Positions 13,055 through 25,299 of a DNA stretch of 62,392 bases are shown in pieces; the first letter of the stretch is position 1, and every line of letters begins with the position of its first letter. The stretch comes from Phoronis australis. Lineage: Eukaryota; Animalia; Phoronida. The notes under the pieces are model-generated. The model searched no databases. It saw only the letters and a program-made list of their open reading frames with translations, and had not been told where the DNA came from. Position numbers and translations under genes: made by a program. The stretch spans positions 188,920 through 251,311 of the forward strand of contig NMRA01000605.1 of NCBI GenBank assembly GCA_002633005.1. Direction: 5' to 3'.

Positions 13055-13310
13055 GGGCCCGTTCCAAGAAACTGACTTAAGTTCATTTTTGACTTAAGTC
13101 CATAACATTTATCATAACTTCCATACTTTGAAACTTCCATATCCGGTAAGATACCGGTAGTTAAAATTAAGACAAAACTTTTACCAAAAACTTAATTCAA
13201 AATAAAGATCTCTTTCTTGAAACGGTATCGAGACAAATTTAAGTCTAATCTTAAAATTTACTAAAATTTAAGATTTGTCTTAGGCAAGTCAGTTTTGTTG
13301 GAACGGGCTC
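13055..13310. mobile_element. PIF/Harbinger-like MITE
   Basis: TIRs GGGCCCGTTCCAAGAAACTGACTT / AAGTCAGTTTTGTTGGAACGGGCTC; 3-bp TSD CTG. Confidence 0.75.
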
Positions 13311-13815
13311 CTGCTCATTAAAACCACTTGCAGTTCAAAATGTTAATTTGTCCTGTGATTTTAGTCACCGTTTTGCGTACGGACTCGTGCATGAGCGTTA
13401 TTTTCCCAAGCTGTCAGACAGCACTTCTCAACGAGTTGGGGAAAATTTTGAAGTCAGGTTTGTAACTGTAAGTAGCCCCAATCAAAATACAATTTTTAAC
13501 AGAAAGCTGACATATACTTCCGCGATTCCTCATATTACTTTCAGGGCAAAGAACTACTAAGAGACGTTCCTGACTCCTGAGGAGCCTAAAGCACTTAATC
13601 CACCAAAGTGTGCCAAATCTAAAAGCCCCAACAAAATATTGGCAATGAAACAATTTTAGTCAAATCACCTTCCAGTGGGCACCGTGCAGTATGACATCAG
13701 AAGAAATGAAATAGGCCTATCAAACGTACTACCTTGATGTCACAGGACATGGTGCTCAAAGGCAACAATGCAAATAAGAAATGTGACATTAATTTTTTGA
13801 AAAATTGTTATAAAC

Positions 13816-13971
13816 CTGTGGCGGATTTAGAGGGGGGGCAAAGGGGCCATGTTCCCCCTAAAATACTCCCAGATTCCATTTGGCAGTTGGGGGGTGCGAA
13901 TGCCTGACGGGCAAAATCCTGGCTAATACTCTATCCTGGCCCCTCTAACTCAAATCCTGTATCCGCCCCTG
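13816..13971. mobile_element. Short MITE of the CAGTGGCGGAT family
   Basis: CTGTGGCGGATTTAG ... CTGTATCCGCCCCTG; imperfect 5-bp TSD TAAAC/AAAAC. Confidence 0.65.
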
Positions 13972-14282
13972 AAAACATCATATAACCAAAAACTGCATCA
14001 TCTGTGTAGGAAACTTCTTTATCAGAAACCAGGTAAAAAACTGTAACGTTAAATTGGCTATTTTAAATTGGGTATCTAATCACAAATAACACATTTCCAC
14101 TATGAGCACATATTTGATGTAATTGGTCTGGGTAAGTCAAATTAGGCGACAGATCGTTGTCATTGTGTACCCCGAGCATGGTCTAAAGGATTGAATATCA
14201 AACTGCTAATTCTTTTAAAAATGACATCAAACTAGTCAATGTAAAAACTGGTAAATAACACTTTAAATTTCAGAAAAAAATA

Positions 14283-14345
14283 TTTATTACAAAACAATAG
14301 CTTTCGAGCCTAATGGATACAGCTCTTCATCAGGTATGAAGACAA
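14283..14345 (-). ncRNA. Degenerate hammerhead ribozyme-like motif (Penelope/retrozyme type)
   Basis: Minus strand reads CUGAUGA-A-GAGCU[loop]GGCUC-GAAA-GCUAUU followed by AAUAAA. Stems I and III are weak. Confidence 0.4.
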
Positions 14346-14961
14346 ATGAGCACATCAAATATTACACCCTCAATTTAATCATTGATGTACTTAGAGGGGC
14401 AATACATACACCCTTCAATAGAAAACCAAATTTCGTTTCAAGTCACAAAATGTCATAAAATCGGTCTGGTCTTATTCCTTAACCTGTGAGACTTGATCAG
14501 CATTTGTTAACATACGCCAAGTACATGTGAGTTTGCTGTTTGGACAGTCAATACACTGCCACTACAAAAGCAAAATACGATACCGTTTTGATCAGTTACC
14601 CTACTTGTAAATAATATGCAATCATGATTTAGAGACGTGGATCATGGCAAAATATTTTATTTTATTTCCCTTAAGTTCTAAAATCCAAATCTAATGTGCT
14701 AATCAATCAACAGTAAACAGCACTTCAGATACAGTCACTTATAGGGGTCCTGTATTTTGAGAACTAGTTTTCTCCAATTAATGAAAGGCACCAAACTTGA
14801 CAAATTCTGGGACCCATGTAAGTGACTGTTGATCCACTTATATTGATTAGACAACCAGTAGGTGATCCCGTCAATTCTCAACATGGCAACAACTACACCT
14901 TCCTTAACATGTGAGGTTAAAGAAATGGTGAAAACCAAAGCTACAATTTTACATTTGCACA

Positions 14962-16026
14962 TCATAATGATTTAAGAAAATCATTGTATTCTTGGACAGT
15001 CGCCTTGGCAACATTTTCACAAAACTCAATGTCCCGCCCCGAAACTAATGCTTTCAAAGAAACATAATTTTCCTTCTTTGGATCAAATTGATCTCTTGAC
15101 TTTGCCTGCAAAAACAGATGCCTTGGCTTTAAAACCACAAGCCTCGTCAGAAGCACATTGGGCCATTTCAGCATCAGTTCATGTGGTATGCCAATTACAT
15201 TATGAACATAATCAAACCGTTGCTGCAGTGTGCGATATCCAGTCAAATATAACTTTGGCTGAGCAAGCAGCAACTGCTTCAGTTCCGATTGGGAAAATCC
15301 CATGAATTCATTTAAATGAAACCTGACATCCTTTATGTAATCAATAGGCCATGAGATTAGTTTTGGTTGCCTAGCGACAACAAAACGCACTTCGTCTCCC
15401 ATTAACTGGAAGTGTTTCTGCAAAAAGCCTAGTTGATCGTCCACATGCTTTGTGCTGAAACAAAGGACTCGTGGACATTTTGTCACAATACGAGCGATAA
15501 CATCTTTATCAAACTTCTTCAACTGGAAATAGGCCACACGAATGTGCAAGTCTTCGAGTGGCTCGTGTAAAATGTTTATGTTCTTCGTGAGGTACCATCC
15601 CACTCTGTCACCAGGCACTCCTAAGTCATTAAAAAATGTTAAATATGGTTTGACATCTTTGTCAAAATCCAGTTTCAGTATCCATGAAGCATCCTGTCTT
15701 TGCTCAATCTTTGACAGATTAATGCCAAGCTTAACTAAATTCTGGAGGAGCTCTGAATTTCTGACATATGCTGCAAGGTTATACGATGGTCTCACTGCAG
15801 GCTTAACATCTTTTAAGAATGAACTTTCATTTTCAGTAACTATGCTCGACTCATCAAAGGAGGCTGGCAGTGACTCTGAATTACCACTTGTGCCTTGTTT
15901 GACAATATGTTGGAAATATTTGTAGTCACTTAATTCACTTCTTGTTGAATATTTGTGGTGATGAAGTAATCTTGGAGATTGTCGGCTACAACACATCACA
16001 ACGTTGCATAATTGTGACGAAGCCAT
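14962..16026 (-). CDS. MTERF3: Mitochondrial transcription termination factor 3 (mTERF repeat protein), single coding exon
   Basis: 'SYNLAAYVRNSELLQNLVKLGINLSKIE', 'LKLDFDKDVKPYLTF', 'RHLFL...QFDPKKENYVSL...YNDFLKSL' match MTERF3 from memory. ATG at 16026 follows a splice acceptor (TTTTTTCAG, exon start 16031). Confidence 0.92.
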   Translation of the reverse strand: MASSQLCNVVMCCSRQSPRLLHHHKYSTRSELSDYKYFQHIVKQGTSGNSESLPASFDESSIVTENESSFLKDVKPAVRPSYNLAAYVRNSELLQNLVKLGINLSKIEQRQDASWILKLDFDKDVKPYLTFFNDLGVPGDRVGWYLTKNINILHEPLEDLHIRVAYFQLKKFDKDVIARIVTKCPRVLCFSTKHVDDQLGFLQKHFQLMGDEVRFVVARQPKLISWPIDYIKDVRFHLNEFMGFSQSELKQLLLAQPKLYLTGYRTLQQRFDYVHNVIGIPHELMLKWPNVLLTRLVVLKPRHLFLQAKSRDQFDPKKENYVSLKALVSGRDIEFCENVAKATVQEYNDFLKSL

Positions 16027-16408
16027 ATTACCTGAAAAAAGTAACAAAAATATAAAGCAAGATCATAATCTGAATCAGGATAGCTGTTCAAGTTTATTTG
16101 GGTCTATGGAACACAGCAAAGACTACGTGTAAGACTAGAGAGTCGAGAATGAAATCTCAGGGGCTCGTATTACCCTGGATGAATCAGCAGTGAGTGTAGT
16201 AATATAAAGACCTCTAACCACTTGGCAATGGCAGAGACCTCTGGCTTTTCTTTGGTAACAGTCACTTCCAGACTCAAACCAAAACAGTAAAACCGCAGGA
16301 ACTTGTAGTAAAGAAAGGAGTATAGCATACGTCATTACATCACTACATGGAACCACTGAAATCTGGGAGGATTGGAATCTCACCATTATGTGATGTGCAT
16401 CATCAGTC

Positions 16409-16535
16409 CTTCGTTCAGTTGCCCAAATCGGCAACTGGCCAATTTTAACACTGCGTGCTCCTGGCCAAAGCAGTAAAAATAGAAGCGCACACAGTGTAAA
16501 AATGGCCTGTTGCCAATTTGGGCAATTGAACGAAG
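16409..16535. mobile_element. Small palindromic MITE; related copies at ~2001-2097 and ~61959-62036
   Basis: ~45-bp inverted arms CTTCGTTCAGTTGCCCAAATCGGCAAC... / ...GTTGCCAATTTGGGCAATTGAACGAAG. Confidence 0.7.
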
Positions 16536-16799
16536 CAATGCTTGAGGACAAAGTTTGATTACGGGAGTATTTGTTCGAGTAGGAAGAAATTAAAGACATC
16601 AATGGCCTCCCAAGGTGACCCTCTATGCACAATGCGCAAAAGGTATTTATAGCAACATGACTGTGTTGTTTTAATCAGCATGAGGCATAATTTACCGATA
16701 AGCTCCTGAAATAAGAAGCTCTGAAAAGGAGGTTCACCATCTTTATTGGGCCAGCTAGAGATGATGGTCAGTCTACATAAGCCACAGCCATCTTTGCGC

Positions 16800-17474
16800 C
16801 GTTGTGGGTAAAAAAACTGACCAGATAAAATCTGACATTAAAAAATGTTATTTTTCCATGAATAAATTAAATTATATACAGGTGTTTGAAAAATTGGCGT
16901 TCTACTGTTATTCTGCTGTTAAAATTGTGGTGCAATCCTTTGTGTTGGTTTTCGGCACCATACAATATTGCATCATCTATTGGCCAGTTTCTTTTTTCGC
17001 TGATTCTTCAATCAACTGATGTTCCTTTATGAGGTTGCATACATGTCACAACAAATCATCATAACTGATTCCAGCAAACCGAATTTCAGAATAAATTTTA
17101 GGCTGAGAAGCTGTCATCATCTCCTGAGATGTTGCACAAATTTAGGAAATGGCGTGTGCGTGGGTCACAAGTGCATTGTCTTCAAAATGACGACATACTT
17201 TTCTTTAGTACAAAACCCAGAGAATTACGCAAGAAAATGTTTATTGAATTGTTTTTCACTTAAAACGGCTATAGTGGACAAGATGAGTGTCAGTTGGCTT
17301 CCACATTTTGCATGCATCCCTACTGGTCTTAAACTCGACATGTTGATACAAGTTTCACGGCAAGGTGACTATCAGAACTACTCAGGTTGTGTGCAATTTC
17401 GAGGTCTGTGGGAGCTCAACACAGTGCCAGTGGTACCTAGCTTTGACGATAGTCTTCATATAGCTAACTGGCTA
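16800..17474 (+). mobile_element. Diverged copy of the 17476-18506 non-autonomous DNA transposon, inverted orientation
   Basis: Colinear reverse-complement similarity to 17786-18450 (e.g. GTGGGTAAAAAA...GATAAAATCTGACA, TATTGGCCAGTTTCTT, GTGTGCAATTTC). Confidence 0.75.
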
Positions 17475-17475
17475 G

Positions 17476-18506
17476 TAGCCAGCCAGCTAGCTGTATGAAG
17501 ACTGTCGTCAAAATACAGCTAGGTACCACTGCATGTATTTCTTCCGTAGACCCTGAAATTGCACACAGCCCGGTTAGTTCTGGGCCCGGTCTCCAATCTT
17601 TTTACTCGAAATGGAACTCGAAATTAGGTTTGGCATTTTCTACTCTACTTTTGGGCGAACTCAAGATAAGTGTCTATTATTCTATGCTCGAGTACACAAT
17701 AACTTACGTAGATAATGTATTGCCCTTAGTTCACAGTTTGTAAACCCAATATCAAAGCAATAAGTTCGAGTTTGAACTCGAAATNAAAATACAGCTAGGT
17801 ACCACTGCATGTATTTCTTCCGTAGACCCTGAAATTGCACACAGCCCGGGTAGTTCTGGTCGTAACCTTGCCGTGAAACTTGTATCAACATCCAGAGCTA
17901 AAGATTGGACGGGGTGCATGCAAAATTTGGGAATCAAACGACACTCACCTTGCCCGTTACAACCGTTTAAGTGAAAAACAATGCAACAAACGTCATTTTC
18001 TTGCGTCATTCTGGACCTTTTGTAACAATGAAAAGTATGTTATCGTTTTGAAAACAGTACACGTGTGTCTTGCCATTTCTTAAATTTTTGCGACAACTTC
18101 GCAGCAGTAAAATTTGTTCTGAAATTCGTTTTTTCGGTATCCATATTCTAAAAACTTACAATGAAGTGAAACTAGTTCCAATAATTTGTTGTGACGTGTA
18201 CGCAACCTCCTGAAAGAACTACAGTTGATTGAAGAATCGACGAAAGAAGAAACTGGCCAATAAGTGATGCAATATTTCATGGCGCCGAAAGCCAACGCAG
18301 AAGATCGCTCCACAACTTTAGCAGCAGAATAACGGTAGAACGCCATTTTTCCAACACCGTTAAATAATAAAGTTTACTCAAGGAATACTGTAGTTTTTAA
18401 TGATACTAACTTTGTGTCAGATTTTATCTTACCACTTTTTTACCCACATGGGTACAAAGCTGTATATTTAGTATACAGCTTTGTACCAAGGCTAGCTGGC
18501 TGGCTA
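17476..18506 (-). mobile_element. Non-autonomous DNA transposon with 16-bp TIRs
   Basis: TAGCCAGCCAGCTAGC (17476-17491) is the exact reverse complement of GCTAGCTGGCTGGCTA (18491-18506). Confidence 0.75.
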
Positions 18507-18836
18507 ACTACACGCAACCCGGGTAAACAAGAAAACTCGATGATCCACCACCAACTTCGGTTGTTGTTTAAAATCAGAGTACCTTAACGTACATACTTGT
18601 AAGTTCTCGATATTACCAATTTCTGAATCCTCTCGCCCGGTGATCATAGTGACTCCAAAAATGCATTACTCGTACCAATTAGGCCCTTCTTATTCACGCA
18701 TGCAATGTTTTTCAGAGGTGTTCATTTGCTAGTAATTAAGCCAATCTCGGATGACCACCATTATAAAACTGCGACACCTCTCGGCAGCAATAACTAAAAT
18801 GATCACGTGTGTGAGAAGACCCCAAAATTGGCTACA

Positions 18837-19645
18837 CATAGTGTACCTAATTATCGGACGGACCCTAAATATCGGACATTTCATAAAATCTTACTCGAAG
18901 CATAATCTAAGAATTAAATGACACCAACTTTTGTTCCGCTATAATGCATTCAATGTCCGGCACTGTCTCGTTTTTTACACCGTTGCCTCATTTTGATTTC
19001 ACCAAGAGAAGATGCAGTTTAGACCTCCAAGTTGGTCTTAAATGGACGATCGCATACATTGGTTATAAAAGCTGAAACCAAAATTTTTTTCCACAATGAA
19101 ATCATCTCATTGAACTGACAATACGTCACAGTTTCAATTTTTCATTTGCTTTCAAACTGAAGTCAAACCCTGGCCGCGCACGTGTGGGTGTTATATCAAG
19201 AAGGCAAAGGGATACTAAAAACTTCAAGTTTGCACCTGCTTTAGTCGTCTGCACTGAATCATCAAAACGACTTGGTGCTGTCATCATACTTCATGTTATG
19301 AATAATTTTGTTGCGAATAGAGCTGAACAGAGCAGCATATATGTCAAAACACTCGAGATGAAATTTGGCTACAAGGTGCCCGCGGCCATTACTTGGTTAG
19401 TCAGTTTTCCGCGGTGTGGTGTATGGGGAAACATGGTGTCCGATATCTAGGTTCTCGAGGGTTTGCTACTGCTAGTTGTGTTTTTTAAACATCAATCAGA
19501 GCATAAACGTGGATTTCCGTGACAAGATATAGTAACAAAACAATTCCGTAAAGGTAAATCTTTTTTTCAGCAAAGAATTTACAACCGTCCGTAGTATTTT
19601 TAATTAAATATAATGCAAAATGTGGCAAAACGTCCGATAATTAGG
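18837..19645 (+). mobile_element. ~800-bp non-autonomous TIR element, copy 1
   Basis: TIR CCTAATTATCGGACG / CGTCCGATAATTAGG; colinear second copy at 51370-52160. Confidence 0.8.
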
Positions 19646-20429
19646 ATAGGTCACTTGACAGTGTCCGTTGGCCCGAACCTGGTTCGGGCCAACAGAGGCG
19701 ATGGTCATTGCCTATTCATTGACACTGTAGTTAGGGAGGACAGCATTTTTCAAAAATTTTAGAAAATGTGCATGTAATATACATCATTAGAAAGCTCTTT
19801 TCGAGACTAAAATAACGATGGTAAAATTTTTTAAATTGGACTTATGGTTTCGGAGAAAATGTCATTTTCGTGTCAAAATTTTTGGTAAAAATTCTGTCAA
19901 ATCGAATCTGCGAGTTCAAAATATTATTATTTCAAAACTAAGAAACGTAAATAGACATGTAATACATCATTTTAAAGAACTTTTTATGATGAATAATTTG
20001 CCAAAAAAACCATTTCGATTAGACGTTCTTGTGCGAAGATATTGACCTTAAAGTCAACACAGCCGACAAAGAGAAGTCACTACGTACAATTTTGCGATTT
20101 CGAATTTTCATAAAATAACAATTACTCCAGGAAAAAAACAAATAAGGTATCATTTTAAAGATTTTTCATCAGGAAAGTTGAAACTTGATAATTGGTTGAG
20201 CAAATTATTAATATTATTTGTGATATTGTTTTTAACAATCATGCTGTTTGCAACCGGCTTAACTTTGTCACTCAATTACATTAAGTAAAAATCAAAGATA
20301 AACAAACATCATTTCAAAAATGTATTGATGACAAGTATGATATATAGAACATTTTAATACAAGCTTCTGAAAGACATATAATAAATAAAACTTTTACATA
20401 AACTTTCCACAACAATGTAATAAAATGAA

Positions 20430-21540
20430 GACCCTGTCATGAGCCATCCAGGAATGTTCATGCTATAAAACCAACAACTGGAATATTCATAATCCTAAAA
20501 TTGTCTCAAGTGATATGAACACAAAAAAGAATTTATGATGGACAGATAAATAAAGTTCTCAAGGCATCCTCAAGGAAGGAGGGGCCAAACCCTTTCTGTG
20601 ACAATTGGCAGTGGAGTACCTTCCAGTAAACANAACCTGCAGTGGTGGATCCAGGTTATCATGGGGGGCCCAAAATTTTGTCTCAGCAAAGCACGATTGC
20701 ATGGGTGCTCCTGGCTTAAAATATGGGGGTGAGGGCTCGAATTTCTACAGATGTGGACGACTAAAAAAAAAAAAGGAATGGTGAGCAACTATGTCGGTGG
20801 TCTGGTCTGACTTGGGGTCTTGCAATCGGGTCTGAGCCCCCCACCCACACACACACATACACACACTACACAAACTAAAACTGCACACATTGTTACATCT
20901 TGTTTCGGCTGTATGTTAGATGCCGGGATTTGTTAATAAACGCACACTCTTGCTGTTTTATTTTTTTTTCTGGCAGACAAGGGGACCCCCTAAATCTGCT
21001 TATGACCTGATGAACATCCGAAACGCTCCAAGAGAGAGTGTGCTGGGATCATTCACTCAAATTCTCTTGGCAAGACCTACTCACACAAAATAGCGATCAC
21101 TTCAGACAGTTCTCCTCAAGTGTGATCAGGAAGTAGTTTCTTAGCATATTGAATTACTCAGGCAACAAAGTAAAGTAATGCATTACATAGGTGTGAAATC
21201 ACCATCTGAGCTACACCCTGGCGACTCTGTTAGACTCCAGATGACTGAAGGGTGGGACATCAGTGATCAAGTACTACGAAAAGCCGACGAACCACGATCG
21301 TATTGGGTGGAGTCTAGCCATAGAGGAGTTTATCGTTGTAACAGGCGTCATTTTCTGCTTATCAAATCACATCCAATAGAACAATGTCACTCTCCAGTGT
21401 CATCAGACACAACTCAATAACTGACATCCATCTCAGCAGGTGGAAACACTGTGAAGCCAGATGTGACTCTCAGAGGGAAGGGAAAATATTTAACCAAAGA
21501 AAGTGATTGCAAGAGCTGGCAGAAAAAACTTGCATTCCAT
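20430..21540 (+). mobile_element. Decayed Gypsy/Ty3 LTR retrotransposon integrase C-terminal remnant
   Basis: 'LMNIRNAP', 'LHPGDSVRL', 'PRSYWVES..GVYRCNRRHFL' are typical Gypsy integrase C-terminal motifs; broken by stops and frameshifts. Boundaries approximate. Confidence 0.7.
20640..21004. mobile_element. MITE of the CAGTGGCGGAT family inserted in the Gypsy remnant
   Basis: CAGTGGTGGATCCAG ... CTAAATCTGCTTATG; 5-bp TSD ACCTG. Confidence 0.75.
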
Positions 21541-21992
21541 CAAAGTTTTGAGACTGAACACTTTTATGCAGATCATGGAATATCTGATTCTGTGGGATTC
21601 AGAACTTTTTTCACGTAGTAGTGTTAAATTGTTTACTCAAAACTGTACGCATTCATAGACCCCTTTTAAAAGTATCGCTTTATCTTTTAGTTTACAAGCA
21701 TTACTATTTAGTAACCATGTAGTAGACTAAGTTTAGATGTCTGCATTTTGTGATCAGATATTGTTTAGCTTTTTACTTAGTATCTGGAGCACACAATGTA
21801 AGTAGCGTACAATAGCTGTGGTAGTGGCTGGAGTTTGCCATCTTGTAATAAATGTATCGTCTATTGTGATTTAATCTCCACTGATCAAACTGATGTGCAC
21901 ATATCTGTATCAGGGCTGTTGTAATGCTATAAACAGCGTTAAACTAACACTGGTATAAACAGTGTTTTAATACCTTTCCTTCTATCATAATT

Positions 21993-22202
21993 TTGGCAAA
22001 TTTCCACTGCTGTATTGTGTGGTGTGCTAATGCCTTATCGACAAAGACTTACCTCTTGAAATATCCATGGATGAACTACATCATGTTCCATACATTTCCT
22101 ACTGCGAAGATTAAAATCCATGGCTGCGAAGTTATATGGCTGCGATTGGTAAAACAAAACAATTTAGATTCCAGTCCATGTCAAGAAGCCCCAATAAATT
22201 AG
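21993..22202 (+). pseudogene. Degenerate THAP-domain fragment, probably transposon-derived
   Basis: 'CCIVWCAN...FHTFPT.K...WLRLV'; no ATG start and no intact second C/H pair seen. Confidence 0.5.
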
Positions 22203-25200
22203 TGATTTTGAATAACTAATCAAAGCATTGGAGGGGCCCTCTTGCTTCAGATTGACCATTATCTCGTTATTGAATTTCTGTCCACCAAATCTGTAGTTAG
22301 GGTTGAGGGGAAATCGCTTATTTGTGCTCTGATTACTCAAAAGAGCGCCAATATGAAAAGTTCCCTATTTCCTTTGGCACACCTTTCATATTTGAGTTCC
22401 CCAAATGTCCATGCGTACACGTATGCCCTCCTTTGATTTAAAAAGTCAAAAGACACGCCCACTTGGCTGGCTTGTAACTCACAAGCACCATACATTGTTT
22501 ATCATTTTTATTCAGTGAAGGATGTTTCTTAACAGTTATACACACTCAGGTATTAAATGTTGTGTACTTCTGTGTGGCTTTATCTGAAAATCATTTAAAC
22601 AAATGTTAAAATATTGATCTTTAAGTTAAAATTAGTATAATTTAATCTTCTGAAATTCAATTTCAAAGTATCGCGTGAAAATATATATTTTTTGTCTAGA
22701 ATTAATTATGTGCATTTAGTAAACATTAAAATTTTTGAACCTCACACCACAAAGTTTTCAAAAAGTCATTTCACAAAATTTAAAAAGGTTTCAACAACAA
22801 CACTTCAAGATACACTGTCTCGTGTCCTCGTGCACTGATTTCATCTTTTTCATGATAATTTTTGTTCAAAATTTTCAATGAATATAGTACTGAAAAGGTC
22901 TAATATAATGAGGTAAGTATTGTCTGTGAAGAAGATTAATTTGTTTCTGAGAACAAGTGTCAACTTTGTTGTATGTTGCATCAAGAAGCAAGGCAATTTT
23001 GGAAAGCAAAATTTTTCTAGCCCTGTAATCATGTTGTTTTCTTTTAAAAGGAGCTGAACTTTCATGTGCATTTTTTTAGAAGTTTCAATATTTTGAGCCT
23101 TGAGCTTCATCATCTCAAGGCCGCATAATTAGTAAGTCCTGTTTGAGAGCTTATTTCTGACTTTATTTTAGTACTTCATTGTGGTAATCCAAAAGGTCCT
23201 TCACAGAAAAGTATATTCCTGCCTCGTGGAAGCTATTTAAGAACACATTCTTGCCATTAATCAAATGAGTGTTTTTGTTGTTACACACTATTTGAGTTAC
23301 TAAATTATTATGTTTTTATGTAAGTTATCTGTAATTTTTCCTCAAGCTATCACGATTTCATGATAAAAATATCATTATTTGCAAAAGATGTTGAGCCTTA
23401 TTGATGAGCTGTGCATTTAGCAAAATACACTATCTGGAAAAATAATGAAATTAGCCCTGTATTTTAAGCCCATATTTTTGAAAATAGAAATTCAGAATCT
23501 TTAGTCTTTGATTTTTAACTTCATACCAACTTGTTATTAATCAGGTCACATGACCATGTTCTTATTGTAAAATTTAGCAAAAATAATGATTCATTTGTAG
23601 CATAACAACCGTATCAATAACATGGCCAAATTTCACTTGATATTATATACAATGTTCTAAGGAGAATCTTAAAACTCTTCCAAACATCTCATTTTTTACT
23701 TTTATGCCATTTTTGAGACGTTCTTCCTAATTTTGTAGCCAACCTCAGTAAAAGTAAAACATTCCAAAACAATTCTAACAGTGTTTTGTGAAGAGTGCAC
23801 TAAACATAGTATGTGACAGTTTCATAAGAATCTGATAGCTATTTTTAGGTGTGATGTTCTGAAAACTAATTAGTACATTAGTTACTAGAGCCCTATGTAA
23901 CCTTAAAGATCAGACTACCCTGATGTTGTGAAAACAAATTGGCCTTCATCATCACGTGTGGATTATGTCAGTATACCCATTTTGTCACATGTACATAGTG
24001 GCCTCGCGATTACTCCGCAGTTTTCACGCTCAAGTTGATTTTGTTCGAAATGACTTTGGCCAGGTGAATTGCAAGTAAACTCAATTTGACAAACCATCTA
24101 CTGTGATGAAGTACCATAGCTTACTACCTGTGAATGTCTATGTACAATAAAATATTGTGGTTTTTAGGAATGTTTGTTAGGTGTGTATGTGCCTTGAAAT
24201 TTGTGACCCAACTTTAAGATTTTCTAAAAAAATTACCTCAGTCACTATTTAGAGTTTAATTACATTCTTGTTACAATTTTTAGTTGGTAGTAATAGATCC
24301 TCATCTAGACTTTATTTCACAACTGTTGTCTATCTTTACTAAGCGGCGTGGATATAGAATTTGTACCGTGAATGTGATGTTTACTGTCCAGAGAGAAGGT
24401 TGAGGGGATGGACATCGGAATTTTGAGGCGCTGCCTGGAATTGTTTCCACCAACTGATGATGCATAATCGACTTGCTTTGCGCGCAAGTCATTTGTTTGA
24501 TGTTGTCTTTACATGTACCATGCCCGTTTATTTTATTAAACCGTCTTCAAATCAATAATGAAGCTCATTGTCAAAAACAACCTTTGGTAATGGTGAACAT
24601 TGTGAGCGTTACTGAATTCTACTATCACTAATAATAAATTATAGGGTCCTATGTTCGTCACTGAATAAAAGGCATCAAAGTGGTTCTTTTGATAACCCAT
24701 ATTAAAATATGAGAGAGGAACTGCTGTAAATGACTACTGCCCAGTGTATGCATACTGATAAGGTGGTTAGCAATGGTCTGATATAACATGTCTGAATTTT
24801 GAGAACAAGTTTTCTCCACTGAATAACAGGCATCAAACTGGTTCTTAAAATACAGGCACATTATGTCAGACTATTGCCTATAAGGTGTATGCTCACTTGT
24901 TGGTTTTTATACAGAAGTCAAGCAAGCATCTATATAGTCTCCATTAATGTAACATACACTTTGTTCCACTTGGAAAAGTGCGTCATGGAATGCAATCAGT
25001 GAACAGAACCTGAAAAATAGGTCCTTGGAATTATTGCATTTAATCTTCCTTTAAAATTGAAGCTCTTCACCTATGCATCTGCAGTCATTTAAATATTGTC
25101 TCTGCATCATCAACTCGTGTCGATAATTGCTCAAATTGGTCTGCTGGCTTATTTATTTTAATGGCTTCTAATAGCATCAAAGGTATGTTTCGTAAATTAC

Positions 25201-25299
25201 CTGGCACATGATGACAGTTTAGTATACTTGTTTGAACTATATACATCGTACTTTTGTTTCTTTCATTTCAGAAGCTCGCATGCTCCATGAATTCTCAGA

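Noticed and set aside
15542-15925. Antisense ORFs over MTERF3 (similar ones at 3094-3378 and 39608-39940)
   Set aside because: Shadow ORFs of real coding exons, with no independent features.
16135-17498. 165-aa and 159-aa ORFs
   Set aside because: They overlap MITE and transposon repeats, have no recognisable domain and have non-protein-like composition.
21005-21030. CTGATGA...CGAAAC hammerhead-like string
   Set aside because: No stem II can form, and it is explained as Gypsy integrase coding sequence (LMNIRNAP).
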